In this document: in pieces, positions 47,065-58,821 of the stretch | Position numbering within the stretch: the stretch's first letter is position 1 | Layout of the letters: each line of letters starts with the position of its first letter | Assembly (NCBI GenBank): GCA_964019425.1 | Contig: OZ025795.1 | Location: 62,001 to 126,000, forward strand | From: Flectonema sp. DT1601 | Lineage: Eukaryota | DNA length: 64,000 bases | Reading direction: 5' to 3' | Notes under the pieces: generated by a model | Database searches by the model: none | Told to the model about the DNA's origin: nothing | What the model saw: the letters and a program-made list of their open reading frames with translations, nothing else | Made by a program: the position numbers and the translations under genes

Positions 47065-47941
47065 CTATCGCCTCTTTCTTCTTCCGATTTGTGCACTAAA
47101 TCCACCAGTGATAGACTGAACAGTTCTCGAGGCATTACATTGATTACACTGCAGGGTAGTCAATCTAGAGTGAGGATCCTTTACTAATTTAGTATCTGTT
47201 GAATGACACATGCTGCAGGTTACGTATGCGTCGATGTATTTACGAAGAAGACCTTCCATGTGCTTAGCGTTAAGTCTACCCTTTAGGATCAAACAGTTGT
47301 TTCCATCAATATTTCCAGAAGTACCCAACTCAGTAACGGTGTAGTTGAAGACGTGTTCTTGACTTCTGTTCAGCGACTTACAAATCTCAGCAAAGTTAGT
47401 GAACGCCACCCTCTTTGTTCCATCTCTGACAACGTTTGGAGGACGGATCTTGTGTACGGTCTTTACTCCAAGTTGTGGGTTATTTGCCTTAATACGTTCG
47501 TACACACGAGAAAGAATCTCCTGATATGTGTATACTCTATCTTGTGCCTGAAGTGATTCCCAATCAACTTTACCAGCGGAGACGGCTTCCTGAGTAGTTC
47601 TCTTCTTCTTCTTCATCGTTTTCAGTGCTGCGTAGAAGTCTTCTAAGGTTTCATAGTCCGAGTCCTCGTCTGTCTTCTTAGCGACAGGCTTAGGGCTGGC
47701 CTCCTGTGTGGGTGTTGCGTTACTTAGTATCATTCTTGTCACAAAGTCTAATAGAATAAATACTATTCTAAAATAATAAAGTAAAATACTAAATATAAGA
47801 TAAGGAACATACTCTCTTCTCCTCCTTGACCTTTGGAGCTGGTGCCTCTCCATCACTTCCTTCGTCGTCACTCTCGACTCTCTTTTTGACTCTCTTCTTC
47901 TTCTTCTTCTTCTTAAATTCCAGATCTTCGTCACTGCTCAT
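47065..47941 (-). CDS. EIF2S2: Translation initiation factor eIF2 beta, copy A (exons 47941-47813, 47703-47065)
   Basis: Poly-Lys boxes, YTYQEILSRVY, FTNFAEICKSLNR..EHV..Y...ELGTSGNIDG and C-x2-C...C-x2-C zinc ribbon. Confidence 0.93.
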
Positions 47942-48557
47942 TTTGGGGGACGTGGAAGTCTGAAGAGGGAAATGATTACCGCGGGAAAGTATTTCAAGAA
48001 GTTGCTTAAGTGAAAAGGACTTTGGGCAGATTAAATTACTGCGCACATTCTCCCTTCAGAGCATTTTACCAACTCCTGCTACATAAGAAATAAGATTATT
48101 GACAGCAAGTGGAACTTACTCTTCTTGTCAAACGATCTCTGCCGAAATATACCATGCGATTGCTATTATTAGAAACTAAGAAAAACAAAAAAAAGAAGTT
48201 TAAATTTCTCCCTCTTTCTTCTCTCTCAGTAGTTGCAAAAAAACACAGTCCAGTGCAACAAGAACCGAACCCAGGCAGACAAGTGAGTGTTATTTATTGC
48301 TACAGCACAAGTGTTGGATGACAACATGGCACATATTCGTGGGAGGACTGCATGCCCTACAACCAGAGAATAGTGCTTCCGTTATCCACCTCATTAAGCT
48401 TTGAAATCTGTGGGTTGCTGCTGGAACTTAATGTTTAGTCTGATTGGAATGTCGGTTACAAGTCTTTGACTTCGTTCAATTATTCGTGATCCGTAAAATA
48501 AAAATGGGGAAGGGAAATGGAAATGGGAATGGAAATAGAAAGAGTTGTAGTGAAAGT

Positions 48558-49446
48558 CTATCGCCTCTTTCTTCTTCCGATTTGTGCACTAAATCCACCA
48601 GTGATAGACTGAACAGTTCTCGAGGCATTACATTGATTACACTGCAGGGTAGTCAATCTAGAGTGAGGATCCTTTACTAATTTAGTATCTGTTGAATGAC
48701 ACATGCTGCAGGTTACGTATGCGTCAATGTATTTACGAAGAAGACCTTCCATGTGCTTAGCGTTAAGTCTACCCTTTAGGATCAAACAGTTGTTTCCATC
48801 AATATTTCCAGAAGTACCCAACTCAGTAACGGTGTAGTTGAAGACGTGTTCTTGACTTCTGTTCAGCGACTTACAAATCTCAGCAAAGTTAGTGAACGCC
48901 ACCCTCTTTGTTCCATCTCTGACAACGTTTGGAGGACGGATCTTGTGTACGGTCTTTACTCCAAGTTGTGGGTTATTTGCCTTAATACGTTCGTACACAC
49001 GAGAAAGAATCTCCTGATATGTGTATACTCTATCTTGTGCCTGAAGTGATTCCCAATCAACTTTACCAGCGGAGACGGCTTCCTGAGTAGTTCTCTTCTT
49101 CTTCTTCATCGTTTTCAGTGCTGCGTAGAAGTCTTCTAAGGTTTCATAGTCCGAGTCCTCGTCTGTCTTCTTAGCGACAGGCTTAGGGCTGGCCTCCTGT
49201 GTGGGTGTTGTATTGTAAACAGTCATTAGTGATAGAATGAACAGTATTTTATTTATGATAATAAGAGATCAATTTTATAACTAAAATAATAAAGTAATAA
49301 TAATATAAGGAACATACTCTCTTCTCCTCCTTGACCTTTGGAGCTGGTGCCTCTCCGTCACTTCCTTCGTCGTCACTCTCGACTCTCTTTTTGACTCTCT
49401 TCTTCTTCTTCTTCTTCTTAAATTCCAGATCTTCGTCACTGCTCAT
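48558..49446 (-). CDS. EIF2S2: Translation initiation factor eIF2 beta, copy B (exons 49446-49318, 49196-48558)
   Basis: Same protein as copy A. Confidence 0.93.
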
Positions 49447-49943
49447 TTTGGGGGACGTGGAAGTCTGAAGAGAAAATACAGATACAGATACATAAAGATG
49501 GTCACAACTATCAGCTTTAAGAAAGAAACTACTGTGCGATTCCATGCTTGTCGCCCTGTAATAAAATCGAAGGAGTTGTGCAACAGTAAAGTGTTCTTCA
49601 AAATGAAAAAAAAAACAAAATTCTAAAACAAAATATAAAAAAATTAATCTATCAGTACAATAGGAACGCAACTAAAAGTATTCCACACTCAGATGGCTCT
49701 CCTCTTCATAGTGAAGAGGCGACTATCACCACTGCTTTTAGGTGCCTTTACAGAATGCTTAAGGCAAATGGATTTTCGAATTGAAAAGAAGTAACCGTTC
49801 ATGGATTTATGTTTCGTTTTCAGACTCGGATCCTGTAGCCTTCTTAATAAAGGGAATTAATTAAATAAGAATTCTACCATTCAGACAAACGCTAATCATA
49901 AGCTGACCACAACTAGACTACTAAACTAATATCTCTATGAAGT

Positions 49944-50411
49944 CTATGTTCCCACCCATCTAACATTCGACAACACTGATGAGGTTGTTGATGCCGCTGA
50001 CACAGATCGCTCACTCGGCTCTAGGAAGGCGTCTTGAAAAGCAAAGTGTCCCATTGACATTTGAACGCTTGGACTCCTACTCGGTCGGCTCATGTTGCAG
50101 ACGTATTCGCAGACTAGAGATTTCTTGTAAGTTCTGAGAAACCTCCAAAACCGTGAAATGTACATCTTTTGTAGTAATTTAAATCTTTGTCTTGCCATTC
50201 GAGTCATCTGCTTAGCGAGATGAGCATTCAATTTCAATGCTCTGGTGAGCTCACGTTCCAGTAACTGTTCCCTCTCGTGGCGAAGAGATTCTTCATTCTT
50301 CCATGACTTCCGCTGCAATTCCCATTCTTCTTCTCTTTCTCTTAAGACGTCCCTCATGGATTCACACTCTCTCATTTTCATTTCATATTGCAAGTTGTCA
50401 CATCGTAACAT
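49944..50411 (-). CDS. Hypothetical coiled-coil protein (5' end uncertain)
   Basis: 155-aa E/R-rich ORF; upstream exon structure not resolved. Confidence 0.5.
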   Translation of the reverse strand: MLRCDNLQYEMKMRECESMRDVLREREEEWELQRKSWKNEESLRHEREQLLERELTRALKLNAHLAKQMTRMARQRFKLLQKMYISRFWRFLRTYKKSLVCEYVCNMSRPSRSPSVQMSMGHFAFQDAFLEPSERSVSAASTTSSVLSNVRWVGT

Positions 50412-50799
50412 TTCTTTTAATTATCTAATTAAGAGAATAGAATATAATATTACCACAATGCTCACTGCAAGAATATCTTCATTGCTTCTCGTTAATAAGT
50501 TCCCCAGCTGATCATCTTCATGACGTATTTTATATTAACTGTCGTAGAGAACAAATGTATTTTAGTGTCAAACTTCTTTTCTGATATCGGTGCGGAACAG
50601 TCTTCTTTTTTTATAATGATTGTATCACTCGAGGCGAAGGAGGAACAACTTTCCTATTGAATCATAAGAGGAAAAAAAAGCCTGAATCCACACAAGAATA
50701 ACAGATTGGAGTACACAACAAGTTGAAAGGGTGTTTGGAGAGGTGGGGGGGGAGTACAAACATGTGTAGGGACATAACGTAAAGGATGGCCCTCGTCAC

Positions 50800-52423
50800 T
50801 TACATTCTATCGAAGTGAGAAACAGCCGGGAGATATGTTGGTGCTGGTGTACTAACAGGACCAGTTCCTACTAACTGTGTATGGGTGTGGGTAGATGCAG
50901 CAATTGAATCATAATTTCTAGTTGAAGAAACAGGAAGTGGTGACTGAGTAACAGACTGAGTAACTCTGACAGGGCTACCTGTGCGAGCACTCCTTCCTGC
51001 AAAGCTCTGGAAATCAGTTCTCAACTTCGACTCCTTCGCCTCAAGTCCATCTCTCTGCTCTCGTAATTTAATTTCTTGTTCCAACAATGGACGCTCTTCA
51101 TCATCAACACTTCTCCTCCTCGCCGCGAAGTCGATCGTTTCCTGCTCCAGCTGAGCAACATTTCTCTCTTGTGTGTCAACAGCCTGACCTGCAGTCATTT
51201 CCTCAGCCTTCTTCAGAGCTTCCCTCTCTTTCGCTACGAGGAGCTCACGCTGATCGACGTCACGCTGAGCAAGTTGTCTTGCAACTTCGTTTGCTGCATC
51301 CCTTAGAGCTGCTGCTGCTGCTCTCTCACGTTCCTGCTTCATCGCAACATCAGCTTCTCCCTCAGCAGCCCTATCAGCAGCGAGGTTCACGTCGCGTCTC
51401 GCTTCGTTTTCGGCCATCGTCGCGTCCTGTTCGCGTGCCTGAGCCTGTCCCAGTTCCATTCTGAATCGCTCACCGTTTTGTCTCTGCAGGTCCACTTCCC
51501 TCGTTTGCTCGGCCAAGAGTCTTTCGATTTCTCTCAGCCTCTCCTCCGCCTTCGCAATCTCCTGCTCTTGCTGCTGCAGTCTTCTGGCAGAGACTTCAAC
51601 AGCCCTCTGGGCTTCAGCAGTTTCAATTTGCTTCTGGCGCTCACGGTCCTTCGAGCGGTTCAATTCAGCCACGCGGTCACGGAGTTCAGTACGCGCTCTT
51701 TCTGTTTCATCATGCGCGGCATCCAGTGCGGCCTGTTGGTGATTGTTAAGATTATTAATAAACTAGAGGTTGTGTGTTCGTTCATGTATTTGTACAAGGC
51801 TAAATTGATACTACTTGTTGCCGTCGAATAACGACCCTACAATAAGTTGAAGAAACGTACCTTGGCAGCAGCCTCACGTGCCTGGGCATCAGCAACGAGT
51901 TGTAACTGTGACTGCAGTTTGTGGTCAGCACCATCGGTGTCGGCTTGCGCCTGAGCGTGTGCAGCTCTAGCTTGAGCTTCACGCGCACGCAATTCCTCCA
52001 ATAGCCTCTTCGCTACTTCAACAGCTTCTCTCTGAGCAACTTCAGTCCAGTGATCTTTTGCTCTGTAGTAAAGACAATCCAACATTGTTGGGTAGAGTTC
52101 TCCAAAACGTTGGAACTCAGGAAGTGAGATGACACGATCACTGTTAGCATCCGCCTTCTCAAAAAGATCATTTACAGTCGCAGAAGTAAATCCAATATTC
52201 AGTCTTCTGAAAGACGACACAAACGACTCGAGGTCGATACTTCTAGCTTTGCGGATGTCGAAGTCGTCAAACAAACGACGAACCTGTTTTTGAAATATAA
52301 AACATTTCCTAAATATCTCCGACTTTACGAGTCAGGCAATATTGCGGTACTACAGTAAACAAACAACAGGTTCAGACATACCTTCTCATCGTGGTTAGCG
52401 TGGTCAGGCCAAAGGGCAGACAT
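50800..52423 (-). CDS. BILBO1-like EF-hand coiled-coil protein, copy A (exons 52423-52382, 52283-51861, 51732-50800)
   Basis: FTSATVNDLFEKADANSDRVISLPEFQRFGELYPTMLDCLYYRAK.HW resembles the EF-hand region of trypanosome BILBO1 as I recall it. Long coiled coil ending LLEQEIKLREQRDGLEAKESKLR. Confidence 0.75.
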
Positions 52424-52696
52424 TTTATGGTAACAAATAAGTCTAGAAAGATACTTAATAAGCAGCTAACCAAATCAAAATAAAACAAGAACTGCTACAC
52501 AAAAGAGCTGTGTTAACATCAACGTGAAAACAACATAAGCCTTCGAGATTGAAGAAGACAAGCAGCATGAACAGTATCAGCTGACAGCAACAGTTCGAGT
52601 TATCGGTCTGCCTGTATTCCGACAGGTGCTCGTCGAAGTGTTTTACATGGTATCAAAATTAGATAACTATTTTGCATAATAAGAAACAGAGAGAGA

Positions 52697-53900
52697 GACC
52701 ACTACGACAAGAACATCTTCCGAGGTTGTCTGGACCCACAAAACATAAAGAAGGTCGTGCAGGGGATTCGACTCGGCTATCCTTCAACAACAAGCAGGCA
52801 ATACGATGAATGGAACAACGACCTCACAACAGCGGGCAACAAAAGGATGAAGACCAGACAATCAGACAGCCCGTCGTTGTTTGTCACCAGATCTGCACCC
52901 AAAGGGAGCAGGTAAGGCATCAGCTTGCAATACGACTTTTTCATCATGTGTCTGAAATTACTTCAAAGGAGATACATCAAGAGATTCTTGTACACGTGGG
53001 TGTGCGTTAATTCCATATCCGGAAGGAACGCGACCGTATTGCGTACTTTCTAAAAAGAGATTGGGAACTTCCTCAACAACAAAAAGGATCAGCAGGGAAG
53101 CAGGAACACGGCAGAAAAAGCAACGCTCAGACACGAAAGCTACGTCAACAAATAGCATTCAGGTGACTCACGGTCTGCAGAACTATGAGATCGGCTTTCT
53201 ATCTCGTCAATCATTCGCGTTGCTATTTTCCCCTTTTTTCCAACTCCCACAAAACACAGAAAGGATGTCGCACACAGAGCTCAGACAGCAGGACGGTAGT
53301 TGCAGTTTGGTTTCATGAGTAAAGGTTGGAAGCCATCAAATATTATGATAAGGTGATCATCTTCGCTCTGAATGACGACAACTCAAATCAACGACAAGAA
53401 GAAGAGAGAACGACAAGGAAGCACGAAGTCAGCAAGTTTTAAACCTTTTTTCAAGTCACGAGAAATCAGAAGCAAGACTGGCGTTGGAAAGGTTGTGTGT
53501 GTTATCCATCATGTGAATCATGTGAGAAGTGCTGGTATTCCAAATGCATGAAAAGAATCGAAAAAGAACAACGCACTCACAACAGCAGGGCAACAAAAGG
53601 ATCAGCTTGAAGGCCGAAATTACTTGAAATCAATAAAAAGGATTTTCATACGAACGAGATCTATTGGGTAATTTCTATATCATCATGAGATATTGTGGAA
53701 TCAATAACAACACAGAGAGGCGGATCTCAGGCAAAGTCAAATGAGCGAATGGCAAACATCTTCCGAGGTTGTCTGGACCCACAAAACATAAAGAAGGTCG
53801 TGCAGGGGATTCGACTCGGCTATCCTTCAACAACAGGCAGGCAATACGATGAAAACAAAGACCACTACGACCAGAATATCTTCCGAGATTGTCTAGACTA
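52697..53900. repeat. Degenerate element bounded by about 100-bp direct repeats, with internal shorter repeats
   Basis: 52712-52810 matches 53755-53853 (one mismatch seen). 52697-52737 recurs at 53860-53899. An aacaacg..ctcacaacagc.gggcaacaaaaggat motif occurs at about 52815 and 53567. Confidence 0.65.
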
Positions 53901-54277
53901 CAACACATGAGTTACTCACCTGATAATTAGAAAGAGAATGTTTAACAGCTGCAGTGTATTTATTATTAAATTATAAGTAGCGTACAAACAATTAAAAACA
54001 AGTAGGCTCCAAGGATTCCCTGGAGTTTCCACTTCATATTTAAAGAAAAATTGGGCACCAAGAGCACCTTCGACCGATCGATGGTGGATTCAACACTTGT
54101 ACAAAAGTAACAATAGTTTTGGGGTGTGAGTTAATACATTGGGGAAGTGAAAGGGAAATCGATCTGCAGACGTGAGTTGGTATCAAATTATATCGATCTC
54201 ATATTGGGTGAATGCGGGATCTTGAAGATGAACAAAAACGTCACGTCGGTGGCAATTAAATGTGACCAGCTAGTGAC

Positions 54278-55844
54278 TTAATAAATTGGTCTTCCTGGGC
54301 TAGCAGGTGGGATGTGTCCAATAACAGGGAGTCCAAGACTATCATACACTGATGTAGTTGCAATGTAACTTCGACTAGCAGCTGCAACTGCAACAGGATC
54401 CATGACAGAGGAAACAGGTAGTGGGACAGGTAGTGGAGGTGCAATTTCCTTCGCCAGTCCCAACTGACCAGCTCTCACAGGGCTACCTGTACGTGTGGTC
54501 CTGCCAGTAAAGCTCTGGAAGTCAGTTCTCAACTTCGACTCCTTCGCCTCAAGTCCATCTCTCTGCTCTCGTAATTTAATTTCTTGTTCCAACAATGGAC
54601 GCTCTTCATCATCAACACTTCTCCTCCTCGCCGCGAAGTCGATCGTTTCCTGCTCCAGCTGAGCAACATTTCTCTCTTGTGTGTCAACAGCCTGACCTGC
54701 AGTCATTTCCTCAGCCTTCTTCAGAGCTTCCCTCTCCCTCGCTACGAGGAGCTCACGCTGATCGACGTCACGCTGAGCAAGTTGTCTTGCAACTTCGTTT
54801 GCTGCATCTCTTAGAGCTGCTGCTGCTGCTCTCTCACGTTCCTGCTTCATCGCAACATCAGCTTCTCCCTCAGCAGCCCTATCAGCAGCGAGGTTCACGT
54901 CGCGTCTCGCTTCGTTTTCGGCCATCGTCGCGTCCTGTTCGCGTGCCTGAGCCTGTCCCAGTTCCATTCTGAATCGCTCACCGTTTTGTCTCTGCAGGTC
55001 CACTTCCCTCGTTTGCTCGGCCAAGAGTCTTTCGATTTCTCTCAGCCTCTCCTCCGCCTTCGCAATCTCCTGCTCTTGCTGCTGCAGTCTTCTGGCAGAG
55101 ACTTCAACAGCCCTCTGGGCTTCAGCAGTTTCAATTTGCTTCTGGCGCTCACGGTCCTTCGAGCGGTTCAACTCAGCCACGCGGTCACGGAGTTCGGTAC
55201 GCGCTCTTTCTGTTTCATCATGCGCGGCATCCAGTGCGGCCTGTTGGTGATTGTTAAGATTATTAATAGTTATATTATGGTTAAATTAATAATTAGAAAG
55301 TACGTACCTTGGCAGCAGCCTCACGTGCCTGGGCATCAGCAACAAGTTGTAACTGTGACTGCAGTTTGTGGTCAGCACTGTCGGTGTCGGCTTGCGCCTG
55401 AGCGTGTGCAGCTCTAGCTTGCGCTTCACGCGCACGCAATTCCTCCAATAGCCTCTTCGCTACTTCAACAGCTTCTCTCTGAGCAACTTCAGTCCAGTGA
55501 TCTTTTGCTCTGTAGTAAAGACAATCCAACATTGTTGGGTAGAGTTCTCCAAAACGTTGGAACTCAGGAAGTGAGATGACACGATCACTGTTAGCATCCG
55601 CCTTCTCAAAAAGATCATTTACAGTCGCAGAAGTAAATCCAATATTCAGTCTTCTGAAAGACGACACAAACGACTCGAGGTCGATACTTCTAGCTTTGCG
55701 GATGTCGAAGTCGTCAAACAAACGACGAACCTGTTTTTTTATATTTTGATTTTATAAACACAACTGATCAATAATTGAGAATAATAAAATATAACAACAA
55801 ACCTTCTCGTCGTGACTTGCATGGTCAGGCCAGAGAGCAGACAT
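54278..55844 (-). CDS. BILBO1-like EF-hand coiled-coil protein, copy B (exons 55844-55803, 55730-55308, 55240-54278)
   Basis: Near-identical to copy A except for the C-terminal tail after TGSPVR. Confidence 0.75.
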
Positions 55845-56130
55845 AACTAACAGACTGTGCTAAGACTGTAGAGAAAGAACATAAATATAACCACACGATG
55901 TTACAAAAGATAAACTCCTCTACTGTACATTGATCAAGACCTTGTCTTTAATATTGTGAGCTGTTTTAAAGAAATGAGATTCTCTTTCATAAAACCAACT
56001 AATTCACTAATCGATATTTGTGTGTAGATTCAAAGTGGTACGTCGTCATACGAGGAGTCATTTCAATTGCAATTTTCTTTTTTTTCTTCCCCTTCCTCTA
56101 TTCTTATTATTAGCAGTATAAAGTCGTACA

Positions 56131-56912
56131 CTATAAGTTTGGGTATGTTGGGTTTCCAGGTAGAACCAGTTGCTGAGGGTTCTTGTGGTTTAGCGTAGCG
56201 CCACGAGCCTATTTTTTTTTTTTTTTTTTTTTTAAATATTATTAAACAGTTTCCATGTCATAATATAATTAGGTTTACTGATCAAAGAATCTTGCGTACT
56301 TGGGAGACTCCAAACCCATTGGCTATCATTAGGGCACATGTGGGGGACTATGAAGACACGCCGAACCATAACAAAGCATCAGATCTCCCTACATTATTGA
56401 GAACACGACAACTATCAAAAGAGTTGAACATGCCCTTCTGATGCGGGTCACACAGCTAACTGATCAAAGAATCTCGCGTACTTGGGAGACTCCAAACCCA
56501 TTGGCTATCATTAGGGCACATGTGGGGGACTATGAAGACACGCCGAACCATAACAAAGCATCAGATCTCCCTACATTATTGAGAACACGACAACTATCAA
56601 AAGAGTTGAACATGCCCTTCTGATGCAGGTCACACAGTTTACTGATCGAAGAATCTCGCGTACTTGGGAGACCCCAAACCCATTGGCTATCATTAGGGCA
56701 CATGTGGGGGACTATGAAGACACGCCAGAGCATCTCTTTGTTAATTTAAAAAAAAAAAAAAAAAAAAAAATCAATACCTCAATCTCATAGTGGAACTTAG
56801 CTGTGCCATTAGTACTTCCCTCTCCGTATCTGTTAGCTCCACCCCAGTTGCCTCCGTGCTGCTGAGTTTGATCGAAAACCTTTAGTGGAGAGCTCATGAG
56901 TCCGTTTACCAT
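56131..56912 (-). CDS. 70-aa spliced microprotein C (exons 56912-56778, 56208-56131)
   Basis: MVNGLMSSPLKVFDQTQQHGGNWGGANRYGEGSTNGTAKFHYEIE|ARGATLNHKNPQQLVLPGNPTYPNL*. Same intron position as A and B, but the intron is 569 nt. Confidence 0.85.
56273..56726. repeat. 182-bp tandem repeat, about 2.5 units, intronic
   Basis: tgatc(a/g)aagaatct recurs at 56279, 56461 and 56643; units nearly identical. Confidence 0.92.
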
Positions 56913-57569
56913 TTTGAAGATGTTTTTTTTTTGTGTAAAGTGTGTAGGCTGAACAGAAATAAAAATTCTTAGGTCAGGTTGTAAACCAAATTAAACAACT
57001 GCAACGAAGGCGAGTAGTAGTATCAAACTCAACCGTTGAAAAAAAACAATAAATAAATAAAAAGGAAAGGAATGAAAATAATATATGTATATTTCCAATT
57101 TTTTTAATCGAAATAATAAGTTCAAATATGAACCAAACTATGATGCAGTAATAAATCAAAAAATAATAATACTTCACACTTCACACGTCAATACGAATGC
57201 GAAAGCTTCCGTCGATAACAAAGGGTCAATGAAAGGAAGGTGCTTACAAACATACAAAAAAAACAATATTTAAAAAAAAAAAAAAAAAAAAGATCAATAA
57301 GATCAATAAGATTTAGTACTACCGAGAAGAAGAAACAATATGTCACTTCACTCTTTCAATATAATGCTTAAAACAGCTTCATCAAAATGATGTGATTTTT
57401 GATGATAGAATTTTGATAAAAAGAATAGCTAGAGAGGAACTCAAACAAGATGACTCACAACCTTTATATGCCCAACTAGCTACCATAAAGAGAGAGAGAA
57501 GCCTCTCACTACTATGTAGCTTCAGGACCGATTGATGTTCTTGTGAATTATTTAAATAGTTCACACCAC

Positions 57570-58142
57570 TCAGAACGTGTACGTCATTATATTCGCGTCA
57601 ACTAATTCTGTTGATCCTTTCAGTCTCGCAACTCCAGGAAGGACACCAGCAATCTTAAAACCGAGTGAGAGCCAGAGTGACAATGCCGGATTAGTTGCAA
57701 ACACAAGATTAAAACACGCAGACTTGAATTCAAGTAACGGAGCCCATTTGAGAAACAGATTTCCCATAAAACGTGCGAGACCCTTACGACGGTGGTCCTT
57801 AAGAGTTACGAAGCCACCATTACAGACATGTGAGCAGCGACCAGGAAAGTTTGGTTTTATATAAAATATTGACATCAGTTCTCCAGTTGATGCATCTCGT
57901 ACTCCAAAGGCAGCATGGCTCATAAAATAATTTTCAAATCCTTCCATATCAAAACCTTCTTCGAATGGCCAGGAACCTCCATCTTCAATAACATCATTGA
58001 AGGCAGCTAGCGCTGCTTCATCTTTATCTAACCAAGTGACAACTACCTTCTTACCTCCAGAAATTTCCCCCTCATAAGGAACACACGGCAGTATACTTCT
58101 GTCAAATGGTGTTGCGTTTTTTGAGCCATAGACACTCGTCAT
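57570..58142 (-). CDS. GNAT N-acetyltransferase, Mpr1 (L-azetidine-2-carboxylate acetyltransferase)-like, copy 1
   Basis: FYIKPNFPGRCSHVCNGGFV...RRKGLA...FNLVFATN...LWLSLGF..AG..PGVARLKG...VDA.I matches the Mpr1/Ppr1 family pattern. Confidence 0.85.
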   Translation of the reverse strand: MTSVYGSKNATPFDRSILPCVPYEGEISGGKKVVVTWLDKDEAALAAFNDVIEDGGSWPFEEGFDMEGFENYFMSHAAFGVRDASTGELMSIFYIKPNFPGRCSHVCNGGFVTLKDHRRKGLARFMGNLFLKWAPLLEFKSACFNLVFATNPALSLWLSLGFKIAGVLPGVARLKGSTELVDANIMTYTF

Positions 58143-58248
58143 TTTCTTTTGTTCTTTTCCTGACCTCTATTTAAAAAGTGTCGCAAACAACTCATAAACA
58201 ATTAACAACATTTTTAAAATAAAATAAAAAGGTACAATATTGCAATAC

Positions 58249-58821
58249 TCAGAACGTGTACGTCATTATATTCGCGTCAACTAATTCTGTTGATCCTTTC
58301 AGTCTCGCAGCTCCAGGAAGGACACCAGCAATCTTAAACCCGAGTGAGAGCCAGAGAGATGACGAGGGATTTATGGTAAACACAAGATTAAAACACGCCG
58401 ACTTGAATCCAAGCAGCGGAGCCCACTTAACAAACAATGTCCCCATTAGTCGTGCGAGACCCTTACGACGGTGGTCTTTAAGAGTAATAAAGCCTCCATT
58501 ACAGACATGTGAGCAGCAACCAGGAAAGTTTGGTTTTATATAAAATATTGACATCAGTTCTCCAGTTGATGCATCTCGTACTCCAAAGGCAGCATGGCTC
58601 ATAAAATAATTTTCAAACTCTTCCATCGAATAAGTTTCTTCAAATGGCCACGCAACGCCATCTTCAATAACATCATTGAAAGCAGCTAGCGCTGCTTCAT
58701 CTTTATCTAACCAAGTGACAACTACCTTCTTACCTCCAGAAGTTTCCCCCTCATAAGGAACACACGGCAGTATACTTCTGTCAAATAGTGGTGTCTTTTT
58801 TGAGTCATTTACACTAGTCAT
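58249..58821 (-). CDS. GNAT N-acetyltransferase, Mpr1-like, copy 2
   Basis: Tandem paralogue with FPGCCSH in place of FPGRCSH. Confidence 0.85.
   Translation of the reverse strand: MTSVNDSKKTPLFDRSILPCVPYEGETSGGKKVVVTWLDKDEAALAAFNDVIEDGVAWPFEETYSMEEFENYFMSHAAFGVRDASTGELMSIFYIKPNFPGCCSHVCNGGFITLKDHRRKGLARLMGTLFVKWAPLLGFKSACFNLVFTINPSSSLWLSLGFKIAGVLPGAARLKGSTELVDANIMTYTF

Noticed and set aside
56131..58821. Microprotein C plus adjacent acetyltransferases as a RiPP-like cluster
   Set aside because: The other five family members have no modifying enzymes nearby, Mpr1-type GNATs act on small molecules, and adjacency in such gene arrays rarely implies shared function.
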